Below are positions 12,139 to 26,467 of a stretch of DNA of 64,000 bases, piece after piece. The stretch comes from Octopus sinensis. Taxonomy: Eukaryota. Position numbers and translations under genes: made by a program. The notes under the pieces were generated by a model. The model was not told the origin of the DNA and searched no databases. It was given only the letters and a program-made list of their open reading frames with translations. Numbering within the stretch: the stretch's first letter is position 1; every line of letters begins with the position of its first letter. Location of the stretch: positions 38,688,001 through 38,752,000 of the forward strand of contig NC_043014.1 in the NCBI RefSeq assembly GCF_006345805.1, given 5' to 3'.

Positions 12139-13026
12139 ATATACATATATACACACACATACATACATACATACATGCATATTACACAAATACAAATACA
12201 CCTACACATGTAAACACCCACACATTTTCCAAAACGCATATAGATCTTGTCAGTAATCTTAGGTATAAAGATGGCTAGTGTTACATGTGTTTTTATATAA
12301 TATATACACACACACACACTTGCAAACATACATACATGCATACATATATGTACATGTAGATTTGCAGCTCTAACTTTGTTGAAATATACATTTTTCATTA
12401 TGTTTGTCTACCCACACACATAAACATATATATGTATATATGTGCGTATGCGTGTATATATATACATATATATAAATATATATACATATATATAAATATA
12501 TATATACACACACACTTATCTATATATATACACATACACATAAACATATATATGTATACATGTGCGTATGCGTGTATATATATACATATATATAAATATA
12601 TATATACACACACTTATATATAAACAGTTAAAATTTTTATAAGTTACATTTTGGTATTATGACATACATAGGTGTATGTATATGCATCATATGGGCTTGC
12701 ACATTACATACATAAATACATACATATATACATGCATACCTACACAATACATACATATACAAATATATATATACACAAATATATATATATATATATAAAG
12801 AGATAGACAGACAGAGAAAGGAAAATGAAAAATTGTACAACTAAAAGCTAACAAGAAACTTAAATCCTTATTTCCTCCAAGTAACAAGCAGTTGAAAATG
12901 AAAAAAAAAAACAAAAAAAAATAATACAAAAGAATAATTAAAAAATAACAACTTACATACCTGAGAAGATGTTAAGGTAGAAGAGAAGATGCAAAATCTA
13001 ACTAGTTATATATAAGCATATGCATA

Positions 13027-13065
<39 letters not shown>

Positions 13066-13454
13066 TATGTATGTATATCAGTCGTTCTTTTTCTTAAAAA
13101 CTTAAAACCACAAATAATTAGACAGGTACACTACAGAAATCCACAAGCTTAGTTTAGTAGTGGTGGTGGTGGTTTTGGAGGCTGTTACAGAGGAGAGAAA
13201 GACTGTGAGGTTGTAAGTATGAACGAGACTGAATGGATGATAGTAAGAGCATGTCTACTGAATGAAAAGCAATTACAGCATTAGAAAGTGTTGGGCGTTT
13301 GTTTTGGTGGATGGATGGATGGATGGGCGGCGGTAGATGATGACTTGCATCGTGATGACACTGATGATGTATGTATGTGTGCGTGTGTAAGCTGAAGAGT
13401 GAAGAGCTAATTCTACAGGTGATGATATTGTAATTATACATATTTACAAGTACA

Positions 13455-13504
<50 letters not shown>

Positions 13505-13507
<3 letters not shown>

Positions 13508-13906
13508 TTTCTCTTTTTTACTTGTTTCAGTCATTTGACTGTGGCCATGCTGGAGCACCACCTTTTTAGTCAGCAAATCGACCCCAGGACTTATTCATTG
13601 TAAGCCTAGTACTTATTCTATCGGTTTCTTTTGCCAAACCGCTAAGTTGCGGGGAGGTAAACACACCAGCATCGGTTGTCAAGCGATGTTGGGGGGACAA
13701 ACACAGACACACAAACACATATATATATATATATACATATATACAACAGGCTTCTTTCAGTTTCCGTCTACCAAATCCACTCACAAGGCTTTGGTCGGCC
13801 CAAAGCTATAGTAGAAGACACTTGCCCAAGGTGCCACGCAGTGGGACTGAACCCGGAACCATGTGGTTGGTAGGCAAGCTACTTACCACACAGCCACTCC
13901 TACGCC
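13505..13906 (-). mobile_element. SINE family A copy
   Basis: Full-length homology to 3513-3980. Confidence 0.9.
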
Positions 13907-14519
13907 TATATATATATATATATATATATTTATATGAATGGGCAGGTACATGTGTGTGCATGTGTGCACACTTGCACATTACATACACAGAGTGACATAT
14001 GTGAGAATGGGTAGTTGCATGTGCATCAGATGCATATATGTCTGTGTGAATGAATGGGTATCTGTGTGTGTATACAGATGTGTGAATGAATAATGAATAT
14101 ATTTTTCACTTGTTTCAGTCACTGGACTGTGGCCATGCTGGGGCACCACTTTCAAGAGTTTTAGTAGAATAAATCGACCCCAACACGTTTTTTTCCCCCC
14201 TTTCAAGTCCAGTACTTATTCTATCGGTTTCTTTTGCTGAACTGCTAAATAAATTACAGAGACATAAACAAACCAACATTGGTTGTCAAGCAGTGCCAGG
14301 GACACACACAAAAGATGACAGGCCTTTTTCAGTGTCAGCTATCAAGTCCACTCACAAACCTTTGGTTGGCCTGAGTCTATACCAGAAGACGTTTGCCCAT
14401 GGTACTAGGCAGTGGGACTGAACATGGAACCATGTGGTTGAGAAACTAACTTCTAACCACACAGCCATGTCTGCGCCAGCATGTCATATGTGTGTGTGTG
14501 AACATGTGAGAATGAATGT

Positions 14520-15550
14520 GCACAATTACATGTAATATATATATAATATTATATATTATATATATATATATATACATATATATATACATATATATATATA
14601 TACACATATATATATATACATATATACACATATATATATACATCATAAATCTATATCACACACAACAATATATACACACCACATATATATACACACACAC
14701 ATATATATACACACATATATATACACATATATACACAATATACACATATATATACACATATATATACACACATATATACACACATATATATATATATACA
14801 TACACACTATACACAACATAATATATATACCTACACAACATATATACACACATATATATATATATACATACACACATATAATACACATATATAATATATA
14901 TACCACACATATATATACACATACATATACACACACTATATATACATACATATATATATATACACACATATATATATACACTATTATATATATACACAAT
15001 ATATACACATATATTATATACACACATATATATATACATATACATATAGATATATACACATATTATATCATACATATAATATATATATATATACACATAT
15101 ATATATATATATACACATATATTAATATATATAATATACACATATATACACATATATTAACACATATATATATACATATATTATAACATATATATACACA
15201 TATAAGATATATACACATATATATATACACACATATATATACACATATATACACATATATATATATATATACACATATATATATACACACAATATATATT
15301 ACATATATAATATACATATATATACATACATATATAACATATATATACACAATATATATATATAACACATATTATATAAATATATATACATATATATATA
15401 TATACACATAACACACATTTATACACAAAGTATATTTGTATATGTATATATAGATGTCAGTAATATATAATATATATATATATATACAAACACACATATA
15501 TATGTATGTATATATAGATATAAGTATATGTGTGTATATATATATGTATG

Positions 15551-15581
<31 letters not shown>

Positions 15582-15910
15582 AGCATATGTATAATCCAGC
15601 AGTTAAGGCTGATTACTTTATAATATACCAAAGATACACACACATGCACCCATATATATATATATACACACATATATTTGTATAACAAGCCTAATAATAC
15701 CTCTCCATTTAGAATTGCCAAAATGCGTAAAGAAAAAAAGAATCACAAGAAAACAGGAAAAAGACGAAGACGGGGATTGATATATCTATTGTGAATATTT
15801 TCTATAACAAGTGCAGCAGAATAGATTTTAACTTACAGGCTTACAGGTGCTTCATCACTTAAAAAATTATATTTACACACATACATATATATATACGCAC
15901 ACACACAGAC

Positions 15911-15946
<36 letters not shown>

Positions 15947-16265
15947 AACACACATGCATACATGCACACATATACACACACACATACATACATACATATA
16001 TATGTGTGTGTGTGTGTGCGCGCACACACACAGACATATATATATATATATATACACACACACAAACACACATACATACATGCACAAATATACACACATA
16101 CATGCACACATATACACACACATACATGCACACATACACACACATGCACACACACATACATGCACACATACACACACATGTATATACACAAACACACACA
16201 CACACACACACATATATATACAAACACATACATACACACATATATATATACAAACACACATACAT

Positions 16266-16296
<31 letters not shown>

Positions 16297-16349
16297 CAAA
16301 CACACATACATACACACACACACACATATATATATATACAAACATACGT

Positions 16350-16388
<39 letters not shown>

Positions 16389-16430
16389 CAAACATACATA
16401 CACACACACACACACATATATATATCGACT
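14520..16430. repeat. Long degenerate (TA)n/(CA)n microsatellite field, interrupted at about 15560-15870
   Basis: Directly visible; it generates the many spurious YI/HT-rich ORFs. Confidence 0.95.
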
Positions 16431-17145
16431 ATACATTTTCACACATGTATTAGATGATGAAGATAGTAATGATAATTAAATCTGTGTGCGTGTGTGTGTG
16501 TGTGTGTGTGTCAGTGAATGTGTCAGTCTGCACATGTGTGTGCATGTGTGTGTAGGAGTTAATTAAGAAGAAAGTGGCAGTGTAAGAATAGCAAGGAGAG
16601 AAATTACATAAAACACAAGAAAGAAAGGGTGATGGTGGTGATGCCAGTGGAGAAAGGGTATGCTGTAATTGTTAGCTCTGTCACATTGCCAAATACTGGG
16701 TTTTTGGATTCAACATATGCCAATATTCCTGGCACTATCCTTCTCTTCCAATGATCCAATTGATTTCCCTTAATTTAAGTGTTACGCCTTATTAACTAAA
16801 CACTACTCCTTCCCCGCAGCCACCATCAGAATATGAAGCACTTCTGTCAATTCTTTTGCTAGTTTCAGTCATTGGACCACGGCCATGCTGGAGCACTGAT
16901 GTGACAAGTGTAGCTGAACGAATTGACCTCAGTACTTAATTTTTTTAACTAAATTTTGGTGTTTATTCCATCAGCCCCTTTCTTGTTGAATGGCTAAACT
17001 GAAAGGATATAAACAAACCAATACCAATTTTCAAGCAGTGTGCTAGGGACAAAGCGGCAGGCAGACAGACAGGCAGGCAGAGACACACACACAAACACAC
17101 ACGGTGGATTTTCCTCTCATTCAACAATTGATGGGGTTTTAACAA

Positions 17146-17560
17146 TTTCTTATTTCTTTATTGCCTACAAGGGGCTAAACATAGAAGGGACAAACAAGGA
17201 CAGACAAAAGGATTAAGTTGATTACATCAATCCCAGTGCATAACTGGTACTTAATTTATCGACCTCGAAAGGATGAAAGGCAAAGTTGACCTTGGCGGAA
17301 TTTGAACTCAGAACGTAATGTCAGACGAAATACCTATTTCTTTACTACCCACAAGGGGCTAAACACAGAAGGGACAAACAAGGACAGACAAAGGGATAAG
17401 TTGATTACATCGACCCCAGTGTGTAACTGGTACTTAATTTATCAACCCTGAAAGGATGAAAGGCAAAGTTGACCTCGGCGGAATTTGAACTCAGAACATA
17501 GTGACAGACGAAATACCGCTAGGCATTTCACCCGGTGTGCTAAGATTTCTGCCAGCTCGC
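17146..17560 (-). mobile_element. Head-to-tail dimer of SINE family B
   Basis: Two consecutive units with a junction near 17330. Confidence 0.85.
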
Positions 17561-17894
17561 TGTCTTTTAACGTTTTCTGCTGAACAACCACATGGATGAT
17601 TTGTTTATAGTGATGAGATGTTTGTGCTGACATATGCTCACTCCTTCCATCAAGTCGACATTTGCCTGTACTGGTGCACAAGTGTGCTGCACATTAGACG
17701 TCGAAATGATTGCAAAGCAATGTAAAATGAAGTGTTTTGCTCAAGGCCACAATGCACCGCCCAGTCTGGGAATCAGAACCATGATCTTGCAATCATGAGC
17801 GCAAAACCTCAACCACTAGGCCATATGCCTTTACTAAGGTGTAAATGTGCATGTGTGTGTGAGTGTGTGTGCATGTGAGTGCGTGTATTTATAT

Positions 17895-18286
17895 ACTCTT
17901 TTACTCTTTTACTTGTTTCAGTCATTTTGACTGCGGCCATGCTGGAGCACCGCCTTTAGTCCAGCAAATCGACCCCGGGACTTATTCTTTGTAAGCCCAG
18001 TACTTTTCTATCGGTCTCTTTTGCCGAACCGCTAAGTGACGGGGACGTAAACACAAAGCATCGGTTGTCAAGCAATGCTAGGGGGCAAACCATACACACA
18101 CACACATACATATATATATACATATATACGACAGGCTTCTTTCAGTTTCCGTCTACCAAATCCCTCACAAGGCAATTGGTCGGCCCGGGGCTATAGCAGA
18201 AGACACTTGCCCAAGATGCCACGCAGTGGGACTGAACCCGGAACCATGTGGTTGGTTAGCAAGCTACTTACCACACAGCCACTCCC
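17895..18286 (-). mobile_element. SINE family A copy
   Basis: Homology to 3513-3980. Confidence 0.9.
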
Positions 18287-18526
18287 ATCAAACATGTGTA
18301 AGCATTCAGTTTTTACCTTGAATGACCTGCACTAATGATATGTTTATAATGATCAAATGTTCGTGCCACACGTCAGGTGTCAAAGTGAAACGAAGCGTTT
18401 TATTCAAAAATCACGACCACTGGATCAGGAGTGCAACACCTAACTACTAGGTCATGCACCCTCATGTGTGTGTGTGTGTGTGTAGCGTATTAGAAGATTT
18501 GAAGGTCACGTACAGGTATTATATAT

Positions 18527-19329
<803 letters not shown>

Positions 19330-19773
19330 AAATGGGGGAAGGCCAGTTTATGGGATTACCGTAGGTTTTCCGTCCATAAAGGGTAATTCCATAAACCAGC
19401 CTTCCCCATTTTTAATATATCCTGCTCTATATCTTAGAGTGTGCTGCTTCTTTCGGATTTATGTTTTTTACAGACGATCCTATATATAAGCTTGGTGCAC
19501 TAACCACTGAGCCATGCATCTTTATTACCCTTTATCCAATATCTTTTCCTTTATTTAAGACAGTAAATTGTAATCTGAAGATGGCTTGGCAGCCATTTCT
19601 GGCATGTCAAGCGATTATGTAGAGGCTTATTTTCATGTGACTAAGAGAGGTGCCTGTTTAACACAGGTATTCATCTCCATACCTGTTCAGCCCTGATCAA
19701 GCAAGGTATATGATCATAAATGTTAAGATGTGGAAGAGAGAAGAAAGGTTGCAGCCTAAAGACCTTTGATTAA

Positions 19774-19994
19774 CCCTTTAGTGTTCACATTGTTCTGCCA
19801 AAATTAATCCCTTTTTATCCACATTGTTTTGAACTAATCATGCATTATCTTGTAGTTATGAGATTTTGATGAGGTAGCTGTTAATTTTTAAAATGATATT
19901 GTAGGGTTGGTGTGAGAGACCAGATCTGGCCAGTTTGAACATAAAACAAGCAGAATACTTCTGGCCGGATATGGCCGGTTTAAATGCTAAAGGG
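19774..19994. mobile_element. piggyBac-like MITE
   Basis: TTAA-CCCTTTAG ... CTAAAGGG-TTAA. Confidence 0.85.
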
Positions 19995-20047
19995 TTAAAG
20001 GCATTCCAGGCATGACTATGCCATCTTATCTTATTTTATTTTTTTTT

Positions 20048-20259
20048 ATTTCATCTAGTTTCAGCTCACGAACTGTGGCCAAGCTGGGGCACCGCCATTT
20101 GGTGTTGCTACATAATTTTACTTCACGAATGCTTTTTAGGAATTGACATTTGGTGAATGAGAGAGTTTGATGCAGCTGCCCTCATCTGCACTTCCTTCCG
20201 CGAAGTTGGTTCATCTGGGACACCTGACAGGAGAGGTCCAACTTTATTTTGAAGACACC
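20048..20259 (-). mobile_element. 3' end of a CR1-group-like LINE (ORF C-terminus plus 3' tail)
   Basis: Minus-strand translation GVFKIKLDL/LLSGVPDEPTSRKEVQMRAAASNSLIHQMSIPKKHS*, then tail GGCGGTGCCCCAGCTTGGCCACAG...GCTGAAACTAG. The clade assignment is from memory of the FKxxLDxxL...PDxP...SNSL motif. Confidence 0.65.
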
Positions 20260-20269
20260 TACATCCATC

Positions 20270-20903
20270 TCTTTACTCTTTCTCTTTTTACTCTTTTACT
20301 TGTTTCAGTCATTTGACTGCGGCCATGCTGGAGCACCACCATTAGTCGAGCAAATCGACCCCGGGATTTATTCTTTGTAAGCCCAGTACTTATTCTATCG
20401 GTCTCTTTTGCCAAACCGCTAAGTGACGGGGACGTAAACACACCAGCATCGGTTGTCAAGCAATGCTAGGGGGACAAACACAGACACACAAACATACACA
20501 CAAATACATATATATATACATATATACGACAGGCTTCTTTGAGTTTCCGTCTACCAAATTCACTCACAAGGCATTGGTCGGCCTGAGGCTATAGCAGAAG
20601 ACACTTGCCCAAGATGCCACACAGTGGGACTGAACCCGGAACCATGTGGTTGGTAAGCAAGCTATTTACCACACAGCCACTTTTTTTAATCTCTAAATTG
20701 TCCAATGTATCCTTTCTCTTACTGAAGAAGGTAAGGTGCAAATATAACCCTTGCAACAAGTATGGAAAAGAAGACATTGAATGATGATGATGGTGGTGTT
20801 GATGTTTATGATGATGATGTTGGTAAAGTGTTACTCTTTACTCTTTTACTTGTTTCAGTCATGTGACTGTGGCCATGCTGGAGCACCGCCTTTAGTCGAG
20901 CAA

Positions 20904-20934
<31 letters not shown>

Positions 20935-21108
20935 ATACATATATACGATGGGCTTCTTTCAGTTTCCGTCTACCAAATCCACTCACAAGGCTTTGGTCGG
21001 CCCAAGGCTATAGTAGAAGACACTTGCCCAAGGTGCCACGCAGTGGGACTGAACCCAGAACCATGTGGTTGGTAAGTAAGCTACTTACCACACAACCACT
21101 CCTACGCC
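20270..21108 (-). mobile_element. Two SINE family A copies (20270-20680; 20832-21108, internally deleted)
   Basis: Homology to 3513-3980. Confidence 0.88.
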
Positions 21109-21129
21109 TATTCGTAGATAGGGAAATTA

Positions 21130-22085
21130 TTGTTGTTGTTGTTATAGCTTAGACTCCCAACCATTCCACTCATCCACTCTAGTTGACCCTGACTTAGTAG
21201 AACTATGATCAAAATATTTTCCAGCCATGGCCAAGCTGACTTTTAGTCAGGCATAATAAAATACATCCTTTAGTGTAGCTAAAATTACATTATTTGTTGT
21301 ATATTGTTGTTTAGCCACAGGTCAAATCCTGACCAGATCAAGAAGACCTATGATCAAAAGTGTTCTAGCCATGACCATCCTTTCTTATCTAAGATATCAT
21401 TCACATTGTGTAGCTAGGACTACATTATCTAATGTGCTGCTGCTGCTGTTGTTGTGTAACCAGAGCCAGCTCTGAGGATGCAGACCTATGATCAAAGGAG
21501 TTCCAGCAATGACCATCCAGTCTTTTATTCAGATATTATTCAAACAGTGCAGCTAACATTATTGTTGTTGTTGTTTCTTAGCCATAGGTCATCTCTGTGG
21601 AGGTACATGGCCTAATGGTTAGAGCAGCGGACTCGCGGTCGAGGGATTGCGGGTTCGAATCTCAGACCGGGTGATGTGTGTGTTTATGAGCGAAACACCT
21701 AAGCTCCACGCGGCTCCGGCAGAAGATAATAGCGAACTTCTGCTGACTCTTTCGCCACAACTTTCTCTCACTCTTTCCTCGTGCATCTTGCAGCTCACCT
21801 GCGACGGACCGCCGTCCCGTCCAGGTGGGGGACCTATACGCCAAGGAAACCGGGAAACCGGCCCTTATGAGCCAGGCACGGCTCGAGAAGGTACAAACAA
21901 AACAAAAAACATAGGTCATCTCTGAACAAAGAGAAATATGATCAAAGTTATTCTAACCATGTGCATCTTGTATTATATTCAGACATAGTCTACCTTGGGC
22001 TACACTATCCAGTGTGTCCTTCACTTTTCAAAACAGCAATATGCTATTTGAGAGCATGCTCTGGCTGCTATTTCTTATTGGAGGT
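21130..22085. repeat. About four tandem diverged copies of an old dispersed repeat with (TTG)n end; related fragments near 4440, 19690, 26700, 32670, 44100, 57470, 62240
   Basis: Recurrent TTGTTGTTTAGCC..AGGTCA...GACCTATGATCAAA.G..TTCCAGCCATGACCATCC. Confidence 0.7.
21598..21909 (+). mobile_element. tRNA-derived SINE with V-domain-like core and 15 bp TSD; a 5' fragment of a relative lies at 33764-33870(-)
   Basis: A-box TGGCCTAATGG, B-box GGTTCGAATC, core CCTGCGACGGACCGCCGTCCCGTCCAGG. TSD CATAGGTCATCTCTG at 21583-21597 and 21910-21924. Confidence 0.85.
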
Positions 22086-23135
22086 CTATTGATCACCATA
22101 GCAGTTCACTTGTTGACTCATGAAGTTCATAGTGTGGAGGTAAATACAGGTAAACCATAAAACACTTAAAAGCAACAGGTGTGTTGCACATACATGCACA
22201 TGCAACTTACAAGCACACACTTTAAAAAATATACACACACAGAAACATACTGTCAAATACACACACACACACACACATATATTTCTTCACTATCACAATG
22301 TATGCACTCACTATAATACACATGCATACAAATCTCACATACACACACATTGTACTATGTTATGCATACACTATCACATATGCAAAAATGCATATATATA
22401 TAAACACTGTAAAACACACACACAGAGTCAAACACACACGCAGAGTCAAACGTACACACATTCATTCACTGTCACACACACACACAGGGTCAAACACACA
22501 TACACTCATTCACTGTCTCACAAACACACATTCATTCACTGTCTCACACATACACACACACTCACAATGCACTATCTTACACAGGCACAATCGTATACAC
22601 ATACATACATACATACATACATACATACATACATACATACAACTACATACAAACATGTACACTGACACACACATGCATAGCTCAATAAAGGGGGGGGGGA
22701 GGACAACAAAGCCGAAAGAAAGAGAAAGGAGAAGGAGGAGGAGAGGCGTAGGAGATTAAAGATGGAGGGAGCTGGAGCAGTGGAAATAATGAATGAAATA
22801 TTGCATAAATGAACAAGTGAAAAGTTAACCAGGTAGTAACAGGTAGTAAGAGGTGGGGATGCGCAAATGAGACAGCGGATGTGGTAGGAAACTAGACATG
22901 AAGCAGCAGCAGTAGTAGTAGTAAGTACTAGTAGTACTAGTAGTAGATCAATACCAGTAATTATTGATTTACCAGTGAATGGTAACATGATGAGATATTA
23001 CAACAGTCTTTACTATTGTTGTGATGGTGGTAGCAGCGGTGGTGGTTTATTTTTTTACTTTGTAGAGAAAAAGTTCCGAGTTTTGTTTGCTTGCTTGTTT
23101 GCCTCCACCATGCAGCATAAAACAAAAACGCACAC

Positions 23136-23192
<57 letters not shown>

Positions 23193-23207
23193 TATATACA
23201 CACACAC

Positions 23208-23248
<41 letters not shown>

Positions 23249-23250
<2 letters not shown>

Positions 23251-23490
23251 GGAGTAAACACATAAATGTGAAACAAGGTGGAAAAAAGAGAACTCAAATA
23301 CCAGGGGTAGAGTAATATGCTTTATTTAAAAGCAGCAGAAATTCAACAAAACCTGTTACTCGGAGTTTCATGTTCCCGTTCGTCGGACAGTTTTTTTAAC
23401 AAAACTATCCGACAAACTGTCCGACGAACGGGAACGTGAAACTCCGAGTAACAGGTTTTGTTGAATTTCTGCTGCTTTTAAATAAAGTAT
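23249..23490. mobile_element. Penelope-like inverted pLTR pair, family H4, between (TA)n tracts
   Basis: Arms at about 23316-23393 and 23414-23490 are near-perfect reverse complements. Confidence 0.75.
23417..23454 (+). ncRNA. Minimal type I hammerhead-like motif with CCGACGA core (H4); mirror copy 23353-23390(-)
   Basis: CTGT CCGACGA ACG GGAA CGT GAAA CTC C GAG TA ACAG. All three stems pair, stem II has a GNRA loop, and the cleavage triplet is GUA. Confidence 0.7.
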
Positions 23491-23502
23491 ATATATATAT
23501 AT

Positions 23503-23697
23503 TGATAAAAATGGTAAGACAACAAAAGAATGAAAGATATCTCGATATTATGTAAATAGAGGAATTTATCTGAAATATGTAACAATTATTCGGTAGCCAT
23601 GATAAAAGTCCGAGTTTCGGATGTCAGGGTGGAAATCCACACTGCCATCTCTTCAGTTATCCGACCATCGGAAAAAATACTATGAAAATGACCGTTT
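23503..23697 (-). mobile_element. Family H1 pLTR fragment with hammerhead-like motif at 23601-23661
   Basis: Homologous to 6290-6470 and flanked by (TA)n on both sides. Confidence 0.7.
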
Positions 23698-23966
23698 TAT
23701 ATATATATATATATATATGTACAGATATATACATACATATATGTACATATATATATATATACATACATATATTTATACATATATGTACATATATATACAT
23801 ATGTATGTATGTGTGTATATATATATATGTGTGTGTGTATATATTATATATATATATATGTACAGATATATACATACATATGTACATATATATATATATA
23901 CATACATATATTTATACATATATGTACATATATATACATATGTATGTATGTGTGTATATATATATA

Positions 23967-23998
<32 letters not shown>

Positions 23999-24359
23999 CT
24001 TTATTTCACATTGTTCCAGTTGTAGAAATCAGTTGCGATGTCACTGGTGCCAAGCTGTATCGGTTTTTGCCTTTTCCTTGGGTAACATTGGTGGTGTGAA
24101 GAGGGGAGGTTTTTATGCATGGGTGACTGCTGGACTTCCATAAAAAACTTTACTCAAACTTGTGCCTTGGAGGGGAAACTTTCTAGGTTCAATCCCATGG
24201 TCATTCACGACCGAAGGGGGTCTTAACTCTTTTACCTTTTACATATGACACAACAATGTGAACACTAAAGGGTTAATTATTTGAAGAGTTCATAACTCAG
24301 AAAGTATAGCAACCAGAGTAAGAACAGGCTGGAAACCATGGTGCCAATCTTCATACTCC

Positions 24360-24730
24360 TTTGTCATATTCATTGAGAGCTGTAACACCTTGAAATCACT
24401 CTTCACCATTTCGTCTAAAAACCCCTTACTCAGTCCTCCTCTTCCACAGGTTCCATTCACAGTGAGTGTTTGACACTTCCTTATTCAGCTGTCATCCTTC
24501 ACGTACATAACACACTCATATCTTCACAATCTTCTTTCTAACACATTACACTTTATTCCCTTTATACCCATTTTCTTTTTCTCAGCTCATTTATTATTCT
24601 GTTGCTCATACACACTAAATTTACATATCTAGCAGAACATATTTGTTTCTATTTCTGTTTTGCCTATGCTAAACATTTGCATTCGTGTCTCACTACCATG
24701 CAGGATCACAGTTCAAGCACAAGCCTCGCA
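24360..24730 (-). pseudogene. Highly degenerate RTE LINE C-terminal remnant
   Basis: Minus-strand pieces TVILHGSET and IRKCQTLTVNGTCGRGG resemble RTE post-RT motifs. Confidence 0.5.
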
Positions 24731-24802
24731 CAATCAATCTTAAAGAAATACTTTGTAGCCGGTAGAATTATTAATCTCTACTGGTCAAAGCCTTGTGAGC
24801 AT

Positions 24803-25550
24803 TCTTTTACTCTTTTAATTGTTTCTGTCATTTGACTGTGGCCATGCTGGAGCACCGCCTTTAGTCGAGCAAATCGACCCCAGGACTTATTCTTTGTAAG
24901 CCTAGTACTTATTACGTAAACATACCAGTATCGGTTGTCAAGCAATTTTGGGGGGGACAAACACAGACACAAACATATACACACACATACATATACATAT
25001 ATATACACGTATATACGACAGGCTTCTTTCAGTTTCCTTCTACCAAATCTACTCACAAGGCTTTGATTGGCCCGAGGCTATAGTAGAAGACACTTGCCCA
25101 AGGTGCCACGCAGTGGGACCGAACCTGGAACCATGCAGTTCGTAAGTTTTTATAATTGGTGTGCTTGCATCATATCTTATAGGTGCAAGTGTGGCTGTGT
25201 GGTAAGAAGCTGGCTCCGTAACCTCATGGTTCCAGGTTCAATCCCACTGCATGGCACATTGGGCAAGTGTCTTCTACTATAGCCTCGAGTTGATCAAATC
25301 CTTGTGAGTGGATTTGGTACACAGAAACTGAAAGAAGCCCGTTGTATGTGTGTATGTGTGTGCTTGTCCTCCACCACTGCTTGACAACCAGTGTTGGTGT
25401 GTTTACATACCCGTAACTTAGTGGTTCAGCAAAAGAGACCGATAGAGCAAGTACTGGGGTTGATTCATTTGACTAAAAAAGAAATTCCTCAAGGCGATGC
25501 TCCAGCATGGCCGCAGTCTAACGACTGAAACGAGTAAGAGAATAAGAGAA
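24803..25550. mobile_element. Two SINE family A copies head-to-head (24803-25143 minus, 25181-25550 plus)
   Basis: Homology to 3513-3980 in opposite orientations. Confidence 0.85.
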
Positions 25551-26134
25551 TAAGTGATGTGTCTTGAAAGAAATTCAGTTATAAATAAGAGCTGATAATT
25601 CGTTGCATTAGAAACTCCTTGGATAGAAAAAAAAAAAAGGCAGAGAGCTGCCAGCCAAATATGTACCATGCATACTCTGTAAACCAGATGTACTAGCAAT
25701 TACAGCAAAGAAAATCTCATTTGTCTTCTATTAAATTAAATGGTTTAATCGTATCAGCAAGAAAGATTGGGTAACAGAAGATGCATGGTCCATGTCCTGC
25801 AGACAGCTTTTTGCCTTTTTACCATTCCAAGGGAATTTTAATCCAAAGTATCATAAGTTATACATAGCGGTATTTATTTATTTATAGCTGAATTTGCTTC
25901 AAGACACGTTATCTTGAATATCCATTTACGCACACACACTCAAACACATATGTATAAATGTGTATATACTGAATTTCTATACATATAGGTACAGACATGG
26001 ATGTGTAATTCAGAAGATTACTTCCCAACCATGTGGTCTTATGTTCAGACCTATTGCACAGCATCTTGGGCAAGTGTCTTCTACTTTAGCTGAGGCATAA
26101 TGAATAATATTGCCTTTTACATATATATATATGC

Positions 26135-26467
26135 GAAGGCGCATGGCTAGTGGTTAGAGCATCGAGCTTACAATCGTGAGGTTGTGAGTTCGAATCCCGG
26201 ACTGGGCTGCATGCTGTGTTCTTGAGCAAGACACTTTATTTCACGTTGCTCCAGTTTACTCAGCTGTAGAAATGAGTTGCGACGTCACATGTGCCAAGCC
26301 GTATCAGCCATTGCTTTTCCTTTGGATAACACTGGTGGCGTGGAGAGGGGAGGCCAGTATGCATGGGCGACTGCTAATCTTCCATAAACATCATTGCCTG
26401 GACTTGTGCCTGGGAGGGTAACTTTCTAGGTGCAATCCCATGGTTAGTCATGACCGAAGGGGGTCTC
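26135..26467 (+). mobile_element. tRNA-derived CORE-like SINE family C; a 3' fragment lies at 23997-24222
   Basis: TGGCTAGTGG A-box, GAGTTCGAATCCC B-box, TTCTTGAGCAAGACACTT CORE-like segment. The 3' half matches 24020-24222. Confidence 0.8.

Noticed and set aside
14446-16479. Many long ORFs rich in Y/I/C/V/H/T
   Set aside because: They are translations of (TA)n/(CA)n microsatellites, which lack stop codons in several frames.
21599-21672. Possible tRNA gene (also 26135-26210)
   Set aside because: The cloverleaf is imperfect and continues into a SINE body; the 21598 copy has a TSD.
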